Shown piece by piece: positions 11,201 to 21,740 of a stretch of 64,000 nt of DNA. This DNA comes from Thalia democratica. Its lineage: Eukaryota. Both the position numbers and the translations under genes were made by a program. The DNA is taken from positions 31,558,001 to 31,622,000 of the forward strand of contig OZ241834.1 in NCBI GenBank assembly GCA_965202585.1, in the 5' to 3' direction. Each line of letters starts with the position of its first letter. The stretch's first letter is position 1. The notes under the pieces were generated by a model. The model was given only the letters and a program-made list of their open reading frames with translations. It made no database searches and was not told the origin of the DNA.

Positions 11201-13480
11201 TTTGTTATTAATTCGAACAAACTTGGTCGGGGATTGAAGCATGAGCTGGCTTTTCACTCTTCTCAACTCCGCCTCTACCGCGCTCCTTTTCTCCTTCTCT
11301 TCTTTCAGCTCCTAAAGAACGTAAGTATGACGAACTACGATTACCAAAGGCGATTTAAACAGCATAGCAAACAAGAGGTATCAGTAAAAAAATCATGCAC
11401 AAAAACTAAATGTGACAACTAAAAACAAGGAAAAAAATTTCTTGGAATGCTAAAATAGAAATCACTTGACTTTACGGTTGACCTTACAAAAGCTGTAGAT
11501 TTAAAATAAATGAAAAAAATTTCAGACAAGGTGCACGCAGTTCAACACGCAACTAACTGAAACACTCATTTTCAAGTTTGAAAAACTTATTTTAAACCAA
11601 AGTCAATTACATATAAAACTGGAGTTTTGAAAACAACATCTTTACCAGCACCTCGTTCGGCAGCTTGATAAGATTTTTTTAACAAAAAACTAAAAATAAT
11701 TTCACACACAGTACATGCAGATTAATATGCAATGAAAACACAACACTTATTTTCCGTACCTCGTTGAGCAGCTTGATGTTGCGATCCGACATGTCGGAGT
11801 CGATCTTGCTGCACGAAGCGAAGGTGCTCGCGAGGTCGTCTTTGGCGAAATCGGCGCTTATCCCCGACGACACGGACCCGGTGGACTGCTGGGAGTCGGA
11901 AGTGTTGGCGGCGGCGGTCATCTGGCTCTTCATCAGGTGCTCCTCCAACGTTTGCTTCAGAGACTCGATCTCCCTGTCCTTTGCGACCAGTTCGTTCTGC
12001 GAGATCGGATTTTTTTGCATTTTATTTTTGCAGCAGGATCAATTTATAAAAAAGGTCCCGAAAATGTTAAAGTTTAGAATTTTCGTTTAGCATAAGATTC
12101 TCAAAGTGATAGAAACGTATAAAAAGTTTATATTTATTTTATTAACTTATTTTAATTGAAATACTTGTGTTTTTGAAGGCTAGTACTTGTTTTATATTAG
12201 TTTCATTTTCTTTGTACAAGTTATGTAAATTAATTGTTATTAATTTTCTTTTTAATGTTTAGGTTAGTATTTTTTTTTTAGTTAGATAAAGTCGTTAAAT
12301 TTTACATTTTTTTATATTTAATAAACTTTTGCGAATGTTTGTCATTTTACACTCATTACTACACAAAAACGTACTGAGTATTGAGTAGTCATTTAAAATA
12401 AAATTTTAGTACACCTGCTTTAATACAAAATATTCAGTAGTCTTTAAAAGTACGAGCACATAAAATAAAGCGCTTTATAAGACAAAATAAATACAAATCA
12501 CATACTGAATAATCGTCGAGAATGGAAGCCACTTTGTTCTTGTTGATTTCGTGCACCATTTTCTTGTCGATGGACACAGATGTAATTTCTCCTCCTATAC
12601 ATATGCTTCCGTGTTTAGTATAAATACCAAACTACAATTTATAATCTACAATGGGAAGAGTACAAAACGCTTTAGAGTTTGAATTTATCTTCAATGTATA
12701 AAAACTGGTTAGTTACTTTTAAAGAAAAGAAGTTGAGCACAAATAAAAATAAAACATTTTAAAATTAGTTTCACAAATAAAAGTATTCAATTATCAATTT
12801 ATTTTTTCATCGTTGTAAGTTGATAAAAAAATGTAGACATTGAGTAAGTTGTTTTCTTATCATATAGTTTAAAATATTTTGTTACCAAATGAACACACTG
12901 CTTAGCATAAAATCTCAAACATCTTACAACTCGAACAGTATTCACTAAAAACTTTATCACGCTTAACAACGGTCTCACCTCTGACGGGGAGCATGGGTCG
13001 ATCGCCGGACACGTCGACCCTGCAGCAGGGGCAGCGCGACTTCTTCTCCAGCCAGATCTTGATGCACTCGTGGCAGAAGACGTGAGTGTTGCAGCATATC
13101 CAAGGGTTCTTCACCTGCGAAACTGATGTTTTGATCATTGTGAATTTAAAAGGTTTTGATGCAGCAAAGAGCGGTTGAAAGTTATGAAATAAGTTAACAT
13201 GTTACTGGTTGAATGTTTAAATGCAAAATTATTAATAAAAATTATAACTTGTTTAGTTGCAGCATTTAAGTTTTAAACACATCAGTGCACCAAACAACAC
13301 AAACTTCTTTACTTTTTGACTGCCTACTATCATTTAAAGCAATGTTGTGAAATAAAAAGAGTTACGCTTTAAACTTCAAATAGAAATGTTCACTCAAACC
13401 TGCCCCTTGCAGATGAGACAGGACATGGGAAACGTGTAGGACACATTCTCGTTTTCCTGCTTCACTTTTACTTGACTCAT
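2292..13480 (-). CDS. OBI1: RING finger E3 ligase with coiled coil, ORC ubiquitin ligase 1 (OBI1/RNF219)-like, about 698 aa, 15 exons
   Basis: Manually spliced exons: 13480-13400, 13114-12979, 12594-12506, 11996-11760, 11663-11646, 11311-11223, 10625-10382, (optional 10344-10336), 10127-10001, 9383-9266, 9047-8773, 8428-8378, 6915-6757, 5296-5176, 3559-3431, 2514-2292 (TGA). All GT-AG with consistent phases. The N-terminus TFPMSCLICKGQVKNPWICCNTHVFCHECIKIWLEKKSRCPCCRVDV matches the OBI1 RING as recalled (human TLPITCHICLGKVRQPVICINNHVFCSICIDLWLKNNSQCPACRVPI). SPTKMSRAYVATMEAQLKSAQKESEQLRNAFKKSDEYTTKLEGEV matches its coiled coil. The C-terminal exons are low-complexity and less certain. Confidence 0.88.
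3818..3850. repeat. Perfect 14-bp inverted repeat (hairpin) in an OBI1 intron
   Basis: TACTGACATTAGGA-gtttt-TCCTAATGTCAGTA. Confidence 0.85.
4841..5212. repeat. 157-bp tandem repeat (about 2.4 copies) overlapping the 3' end of OBI1 exon 5296-5176
   Basis: Units start at 4841, 4998 and 5155. Shared core caacaaactttttgtaaggttgaaaacgcgaatttttcacagaatc. The last partial unit is the coding exon end plus donor. Confidence 0.92.
5337..5615. mobile_element. Old hAT-like MITE (about 280 bp)
   Basis: Left end CAGGGTTTCCCAAAC and degenerate right end CTTTGGTAAACCACAG. GC-rich GGGGGCC subterminal motifs and an internal AAAAAAAGGTCTT motif in an AT-rich intron. No TSD recoverable. Confidence 0.6.
6067..6190 (-). 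repeat. Two eroded copies of the OBI1 exon 6915-6757 3' end plus donor
   Basis: 6154-6190 matches 6743-6779 at 30/37 nt. 6067-6086 matches 6750-6769 at 17/20 nt. Confidence 0.8.
6273..6713. mobile_element. Non-autonomous DNA transposon (MITE), 441 bp, 6-bp TSD
   Basis: TIRs CAGGGTTACCACT / AGTGGCAACCCTG (12/13). Flanking direct repeat TGGCCA at 6267-6272 and 6714-6719. Many subterminal TTCCAGG repeats. Confidence 0.85.
6990..7560. repeat. Diverged local tandem duplication (about 400-bp period) in an OBI1 intron
   Basis: gtgaaaat...gttgctacttgtat at about 7015-7055 and 7394-7435. ttacaaatac...ctaga at about 7210 and 7507. Confidence 0.6.
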
Positions 13481-15012
13481 CTCACAGCTGGTTGGGGGGA
13501 AGTTTTTCACAAGACTCTTTTGTGAATTTAATTTATGTGTAACTATTTATAAAGCTGTACTCAGTTATGAATCAACCTGCGAATGTGAAACAACATTGTT
13601 GATTGACTTTGCATTGCAAGCATACTTGAGTAAGTTAAAAACCATATTTTTTACAGCTCATACTTACAAAACAGTAAAAGCCTAGTTTTTAAAACATAAT
13701 TGTACTTTGAAAAAATTTAATTATCAATACATTTATTTGAATTTTTATGAAACATAACAACAATATTTTAGTTTTTTAGATTAAAAGAAAAAAATCTGAT
13801 TATTTAGACAAGATACTATTTAGTTAGTTTGTATCTTTGAGGGAAAGTAGATTTTTAGTTTTAAATAAGTTCATTTAAGACAAACTATAAAACATTATTT
13901 TTTAAGTTTCAATTCCTTTTTTGCCTTTAAAACTACAGCGCATAATTAATTTTGAGCATAATTTTACACAAAACTTTATACTTGTTTAAAAATAGTAATA
14001 ACTTGTTTATATTTCAGTTTTACAGATTTCTGATTTACAACAGCAATATTTAAAAGAAACAATATAATCTAATGATACTGTTAAAGTTTCATACAAATAT
14101 CAGGCGTTTTGGTTTTCAAAAAGGTGAAAACTCGTATTTGGAGAAAGCCAATGTGATAATAAAAAGTTGATTTCAAATATTCACAAAGTACATGTGAAGT
14201 AACTAGTTTTCAATACAGCATTGTAGATTTTAGGACTACTGCAAACATTGTATAGTTTGCAAAACTTTTATTAAACTTTAGTATCAAACAGTTTTATAAA
14301 GATACTTTTAACTTTTTTCAATTGTTCTTCAAAACTAGGAGAGCAAAATATAATAATTTATTAAGTTTTAATTAAACCAAAATTCTATTTTAAGCTTATG
14401 AGTTTATTGATAAAATAAATGTCTATCAATATGTAAAATTAAACATAAAATTTTTTTAATGATAACATTTAAAAACCTATATCAAAAGCTATTAAACAAT
14501 AAAATATTGCTAAATTAAGTATACATTAAGGTTAATACTGTCCTTTTACTTAGACCAATTAGTAAAAATTTTACTGAAATTGTAACTCTTTTAACAGTAA
14601 TTCAAGGTATGCAAAATTATTAGTTTTTGTGATTTGTTTGGTTAATTAAGTAACATTTAAAGATAACAAGTTAAAAAAAGTTTCTATTACCAAATAGAAA
14701 AAAATAACACCCACTTTTCAAAAAATGAGTTACAACAATTAACTTGCTTATTTTTTGTATAATGCATTATGAGCATTGTAAAAATAAGTAATTTTTATTA
14801 TTTAATAATCATAATATACTAGTAATAATTACTAATAATACTAGTTATTAATTTAGTAACATTATTTTTCTACTTGATTATTTATAAGTCTATAAAGACA
14901 AATATTTTGATATAAATTCAAAGTTCATTATAAATGCTCATCAAAAATAAAAACAAAAACCTTACTGTTTATAAAAAATCGAACTAAAGTAAAATTATTC
15001 TCAAAAATTAAC

Positions 15013-15106
15013 TTGACATTTTCTCAGCTATTGTAACCAGTTCAGAACAATAGTACTCATAGTTGGCCTTTGACCACTTAAGAAATATCTCAAGATATCT
15101 TGTTAG
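15013..15106 (-). CDS. Candidate orphan exon (LTRYLEIFLKWSKANYEYYCSELVTIAEKMS) of an unassembled gene
   Basis: atgtag| acceptor, 31 open codons with protein-like composition, |GTTAAT donor. Could not be linked to other exons. Confidence 0.3.
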
Positions 15107-18100
15107 CTACATATTTGACAACCTTTCAAAAAATGTTAAAGTACAACAGCATCCTTTTTTTTAGTACCTTTAAAGGTTTTTTATTTAAATAAACTATTCT
15201 TTTTACATAACAAGCTCAGTATTCGGCTGTAATTATTTAAAAAGCAACCTTATGTTACAGTTTGTTTCATTTGGTTTCACACTCTGCTTCTTCTTAATTC
15301 TCTTGAAATATATAATTTGTACACACATACTATTTTAAATGTATATACAAGTATTTTACCACATACTTAGCTTTTAATACAGTTATAAAGTTTACTTTTT
15401 GAAATACTTACTACAATTATTTCATTGCAAAGCTTAAAACTAATAGACTAATATTAAAGAAAACAGGTAAGTCGTAATCCGGGGTCAAAAAACAACTCCA
15501 ATAAACTATTGTTTCAGACAAAGCTATACTTAAATTTTGTTGTATTAAATTGTAATTAAAGTTGTAGACTTATATTAGTTAAGATTTTAATTTATAAAAA
15601 AGTAATTTTATGTACAACTTTATTTTAAGTCTAAACTATAAAACAAAAATTATTGTTAAAAGGATTCTTTTAGTTTTTTTTTTTATTTATCAAATGCAGC
15701 TAGTTTATTGAAGTGACCTAGTTTAAAGAAATTTGAAAAATACAAAAAAAACAGGCAATTAATGCAACAACACATTTGAATACTTAAGGTGAATCTAAAT
15801 TGGTAATAATAATTTACTTTGCCATCATAAGAATGCTAAGAAGGGCCAAACAACCAACAATTTTAATTTTTAATAAATACTAAGATTACTGAAAATCATA
15901 ACAAAATGTATACTTTGAACTTTAAAAACTAATTTAAAGAAAATTAAGTCTGAACACCAAATCTGTAAAACCATAGAAATAATTCTGGTCTATTTTTAAG
16001 TTCATTGTTGCCTTATTTTTTAAATGGGTATAAAACATACATGATTGAATGTTTTACAGCAAAAATCAATGTTACAAACCAATACAAAACTACAGATTTA
16101 TACTGCAAAAAAATGATAAGCCCTCTTTTTGATAATTTTTAAAATAGTTTGTTTAGTTGAAGTGATATGTATTGAAAGAAAAGAAGCTTTTAGAAGAAAA
16201 GACTTTTTCAAATTATCTAAGATCTCATTTTAAGAGTTTATAAACTAATAGGTTTGATACAAGCAACAACTTTTTTATCTTTAATTTACCTAAACTACAG
16301 CTAAATACTTTTTTTTTAATTTTTTTGGTTCACACTCATAGTATTCATAGTAATATTATTTGTTAATAACAATAATAAACATTTCATTTTAATATAATAC
16401 AATAAACAGTAATTTTCAACCAATTTAATAAATCAATTAAATTTATTGATTAATACCACATAATATTTAAGGTAGCTTTACTAGATCACTATGAGCTAGT
16501 TTGCTGTATTTAGGATCTACAGATTTGTGTTGAATTATATTTGTAATTTTCTGACTTTATTTTAAGTTATAGTATGAGTTTTGTTGTCTCAATGCTATGT
16601 TAACTTGAACTGAAAGTGAAAGGGTAGTTTTTATTAATTTTTAATTAACTTAAATAAATTGTAAAGCTTTTTTTTATTTAAGCTGTTACTTTCTATCAAG
16701 TTATTTCAAGTTTCTGTGATAATTTTGTTTTAAAAGTCATTGGTATAACACAATTCATTTAAATAAACATGTTTCATTGGTATAACATAAACAGTACTAC
16801 TACCTAGTTGCAAATTCAAGTTATATCTGAAGAATTAATGTTTTTTTTTGCTTAATTAGGATAACTTTATCAAAAACTTTTGAAAAATAATGACTTTTTA
16901 AAAGACTTTTTTCAATAATTTAGTACAGTCACACACCAATTTTAGGGATCTTTAAAGTAATATTTTATAGTATAAAAAACTGTATTTTAATTTCAGATGC
17001 TAGTTCCATTATAGGACATAACTGTCCATAGCAATGTCAAATTAGTTAATACTTATATTTAGCTTCACTAAAAAGGCCTAATTAAAACAAAAATAAATAC
17101 TTGGAAATCTTAAAAGTATTTATTTCTTTTTAAAAGTGTTCATTCAGATGTTTATGATTAATATCATAGTAAGGTAAATATATTCATTTTTTATATACAA
17201 CAAAAAATCAATGACCAATAAGTCTATCTCTATACTAAGTCTGGTAACCATAATTGTGAGTGATCACATTTATTTTTTTATGGGAGCTAAAAGTATGAAC
17301 TATAAATATTTTTTTATTGAAATAAATTATCAATTTTACTTTGAGATATAGTCAGTATTATAAAAAAACTAAAAGAATAAACTTTTTCATTTTCAAACTT
17401 GTGGCAATTTAAGTAAAGTTGGGTCATACTTGTTTTGTTTTTTGATACTTAATCTGAGAAAATGCTCCTAAAATAGTTTTTAAATATTCATTTATATGTT
17501 GTGTTTTAAGCTTATCAAAAGTTATGTCACAAAAGCTCCCAAAAAATCCTTCTTTTGAAAAAAGACTTTATCTCAAAGATACTAAAATTGTTGAATGTAC
17601 TTTTGTAATTAATAAGAAAAGATTAATCTGTGAAAGTTTGACAAAGGTTGGTTAAAATCTTTTAGAAGATTGACATTTTATGAAACAAGTTTTTACTTTT
17701 TAGTTTGCATGCATATTAAAAAAGAAGTCTATTGAGTTGACCATTGATTACCTTAATCAAAATTATTAATCTTTTTTTTCAACTACAGAAATAGTTTTTA
17801 TTATCAGTAACCTTAATTGCTTTTCACAAAATTTTCAAATTGTTTTCATCATAAGATCAGCTAATACCGCTTAGGGATACTTTTTCATAACAATAATTTG
17901 TTTTATTTAGTTAAATTTTTGAAAAATATTAAGCTTTAAAATAAAAAATTAAGAAGATACAAACTTTATTTCATTTATAACTAAGCTATATAACTATGTA
18001 TTTTACAATGTTTTAACTTACATGCAAAAACTAAGGACTTTATATATATATATATTAGACCTTTTAAAAGCTCAGCAGTTAATATTGTTTTGCTTTAAAA

Positions 18101-18776
18101 TGTAGAAGTAATTAATATGCATTAAAGAATGATGGGGAGTCTTTTTAAAGTGATCACTATTTGTAAATTGGTATCATTGTTAACAATTTTAACAGCTGAA
18201 CAAAATTTTATAGTCTTTTAAATATAAGATAGAGAATGAGATCATAAGATTAGTATATTTTGCAGAAGGTACAAACTATAACATTTAAAAAATTTTCTTC
18301 AATAAAAAAATATACTTTCTTATTAATATTAAGCAATCTTCTTTTAATAACCCTGATTTATATTTGGCACTAGAGGCTTTTATTCAAAAGATACTAAACT
18401 TTTTTCAAGGTTGTTCTTTTAAGTTTTGATAGAGATCTACTAAGCAAAGAACACAAACTCTATAGAGTTAAATTCATTTAAACTGGTAATTGTGAAGGTT
18501 GTTAACATTCTGTTATCTTTAAACGCATTTAAAGATACTTAATGAACATTATTGACATCCAAAAAGCTAAAACATACAGTCTGTTATTAAACTTGCTCTT
18601 CAAAGTTTACAATCAAAATCACAGATCTAATATTAAAGACAGCTAATTTCTTTAGGAATACTGTAGTGCATAAACAAATATCACCATTCTAAAAATCTAA
18701 CACACAACTCACTAGATAGCACTGTGTTTACAATTTTTATCAGTAGTTTTGAAACTTTTAAAAACAACACCAATAA

Positions 18777-19104
18777 CAGGGTTGCCACTCTTTTAGTCAA
18801 AAAAAACTGACCTTTAATAAACCTTAAACTACCCTGAGTTACCCTGTGTTTTTTTTCAAATCCTTTAAAAAAAATTTGTCACTGGCACTAACTACTTATA
18901 CCTCATGTTCTTTTTTTTTCTTAATAATTATAAGGAAGCTTGTATATGAATGCTTCTGCATTGGATGTTCACTAAACTCATTTAAATGTTTTTTTGATCT
19001 TAAAACCATCCTGAGATTTTTAAAAACTCAAAACTGCCCTGAGTCTCCCTGAGATTTTCTAGAGTTTCAAAATATCCTGAGTTTCCTTGACTGTGACAAC
19101 CATG
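18777..19104. mobile_element. MITE, 328 bp, same terminal family as 6273-6713
   Basis: Left TIR CAGGGTTGCCACT and degenerate right TIR TGTGACAACCATG. Flanks CAATAA (18771-18776) and CAACAA (19105-19110), a 6-bp TSD with one mismatch. Subterminal CCCTGAG repeats. Confidence 0.7.
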
Positions 19105-19636
19105 CAACAAACAATGAAATGCTACAGCTGCAGCTTATCATCTAAAATAAATCTTTTAGGTAGGTTTTTTTGAAAATTTATTTTACAGACAGATAATTGA
19201 ATTTTATTTTTATTGCTAAAGTCAAATTCTTAATTGGTAATCATATTCTGACCGGAATGAAATTACTTATATTTTTAGCTTTTGTAACCTGTTTATTCTT
19301 TTTTATTTCTATTACAACAGATTATATACTGAAATAAAAATGTTCTAGATAATACTGCTAATTTTCTAATTTATAACATGTTAAATAAAACTAAAGAATC
19401 AACAAAGTTAGCATCAAAAACAACTATTTTACATAAAAAACCATATTAATACTTAAAAACATAATTAACTCTAACTGATACAAAAACAATTAACTCTTTA
19501 AGAACTAAGTTTTAAATATTATTTCAGTATATACTACTGTGTCTACTATTTTAATTCTTTTGGGCTTAAGCTAAGCTATGTTGACCCTTAAAATTAATTT
19601 TGTTTGAACTAAGGTTATTCTCTATTGAAACAAGAC

Positions 19637-19760
19637 CTGGACAAGCCATTTAAAGATATCATAGTGGTGTGCAATAGATAACCAAAAGGTTTTTATGTGC
19701 ACCAGGTCCTGGGACCAAATATTTTGAGCACATTCTTTGCCATTTAATAAACTATAGTAA
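19637..19760. repeat. Dispersed repeat copy A (CpG-decayed)
   Basis: Aligns to 21600-21740 (ctggacaag...ggtgtgcaat...gtgcaccaggtcct.ggac...ataaactata). Confidence 0.85.
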
Positions 19761-20120
19761 ATTAGAGTATAAGAATATCTAAAAATTAAGAGTCAAATTA
19801 GGTTTTTGATTGACTCTAGTGCAAAATATAGGACTCATTAAGTATAATATCATTAAACTAAATATTAGGATAAAATTTAATTAGTTTTAACAACAACAAA
19901 AAGATACTTTTAGAAGTGTTATTAAATTTATTGACAAAATTTAAATTATTTTTCAGAATTAATTTATATATAGTTGAAAATTGTGATATATTTTTGAGAA
20001 GGTTTTAAAAAACAAACTACCAATTATAAGCTTTGTAATAAGTAATGTACAACTTCAAACACATATCAAACCACTGGTAGCTACGGATGCAGTAGTAAAT
20101 TGTGATTTAAACATTGACAG

Positions 20121-20843
20121 TTAGAACAAAGCCACGATCAGAAGAACCTCTTTTTACACCTGCCATCTGTCAAAGATAAAAAGAGAAAAAATGAAGACAA
20201 GTATTGGGATCGCAGCTGCCAGTTAGTGGTTAAAGTTTTGCTGAAAGTGATACTAATGGCCAAAATGGTAAAGAGCTTTTAAGGCCATTCCCGGTTAAGG
20301 TTATTTTTTCAATCGTGTAATAAAAATAAAACTAAAGTATGTATTTCTCTTTTCAACAAAAGGTTTTAACGAATACTTATATAAAACAATTGTAACTCAA
20401 TAATTTTTAATTATCAAAAATTAAAAAATATTGTATTGAATTTGTTTTATGTCATGTACAGTTGATAGAATAATTTTATGATATTCATTTTCTGTTTGAT
20501 AAACATATGTAAGTATGTAGTATAGTTTTTAAAAGTTTTATAAAGTTCAAACTACTGAATTAATTTTAAGTTAAAAAAGTATGTTTCAATTTCTAAATAC
20601 TTTAAAAAAAAGTTTACATATCTTTATAGTTTATACTTTATTTATAGTACTAACAAAAAACTAATACTGGTTTATAAGATGTATTTTTTTAATTTTACTT
20701 CACAACAGTAGTAAAAGATGTTTAACTAATTTATATTATGATGTTTCGCCGTTGAGCTTTTCAGGCGTTATCTGATCGTAATCAGCATGAGTCTTTCTGA
20801 CTCACCCTATCACATCAAACGTTTCCATCATAACCGCTTGTAG
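20121..20843 (+). CDS. Candidate last two exons of an unannotated gene (20121-20221 + 20765-20843)
   Basis: ttgacag|, |GTTAGT and cttttcag| splice sites join in frame: LEQSHDQKNLFLHLPSVKDKKRKNEDKYWDRSCQRYLIVISMSLSDSPYHIKRFHHNRL*. Locally GC-elevated. No family recognised. Confidence 0.33.
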
Positions 20844-21599
20844 TTTTATTTTTCACTTTTAAAAACTCGAGATAGAAATAATTGCAAAATTAGACAAAGC
20901 TTTTTACTTAGAGTTTTGCCTATATAGATCATTAAAATACGTATTCTCATCTACAAACCAAGCACATTTAAAAGGAATATTTACAGTTACAGAACGAGTT
21001 CAACATACTAACCGTAAAATATGCTTTTGTTAGTTGTTTTAGTATCATTAACTAAAAAGTTTAAAAGAATAAACTAAATAAAGTAAAAAAATTGAACTAA
21101 ACAATTTTTTTAACTTGAGTTGAAGGTTTTTTGAATCTTAGAACAACTAATGCTTTAAGATGTTATAAAAAAAAAATTATTTTGCAAACAAATTTTTATT
21201 TTTTGAATGCAGTTGGTTTTTGACTTTTAAAAAGCATTTTAAATTTTAATTTCAAAACATACCTAAGTTAAAGTAAAGGGTTCGTTCTAAACTATACTTG
21301 TATAAAAATTTGTTTTACTGTTTTATATCTAACTAAATTAGTAAAAAGAAGCATCATTTGTTATAGGTTTTTAAATAAACTTTACAGTAAAATAATCTGT
21401 AAAAATATAAACAAATTTTTATTTAATTTTCTAACATTATCTAATATTTGTTTTTTGGTAAATACATTTTAAAGGTAAGAATGAGCACTATAAAAAAAAA
21501 GTTACGATAATGAAGTAGGAACAAACTATATATTTATGATAAAAGTATTTTGCTGAACCTAATCATTCAATTGGTTTTAAACCTATTTAAACCCATTAT

Positions 21600-21740
21600 C
21601 TGGACAAGACGTTAAAAGGTAACCAAGCGGTGTGCAATTCGAAAGGTGTGCAATTCGAAAACCGAAAGTTTTTTCGTGCACCAGGTCCTAGGACTATAAA
21701 TTTTAAGCATTATTTTTTTTGTCGTTTCATAAACTATAAT
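21600..21740. repeat. Dispersed repeat copy B (CpG-retaining, with an internal 16-bp tandem duplication)
   Basis: Aligns to 19637-19760. GGTGTGCAATTCGAAA occurs twice in tandem. Confidence 0.85.

Noticed and set aside
6713-11422. Plus-strand ORFs from the track at 6713/6729, 8735/8820, 9212, 10392 and 11150, and similarly 11764, 43036, 46858, 47832 and 51328
   Set aside because: Antisense shadows of GC-rich minus-strand exons. They start and stop with the exon GC blocks and lack independent splice or homology support.
15013-15106. Naming the orphan exon as LINS1/Lines (TRYLEIFLKWSK versus TCFLEYFVRYLK)
   Set aside because: Only a 12-residue resemblance from memory. No flanking Lines exons or FPYN C-terminal motif in an open frame could be found.
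20250-20300. tRNA A-box-like TGGCCAAAATGGTAAAG
   Set aside because: No B box, no cloverleaf and no SINE tail.
20738-20835. Hammerhead-ribozyme-like (CTGAAAA-GC..GC-GAAAC, minus strand) or C/D snoRNA-like segment with two small stems
   Set aside because: The core has G8>A, there is no NUH cleavage triplet with a pairing stem I, and the C'/D' boxes are unconvincing. The same sequence is explained at least as well as a plus-strand terminal exon.
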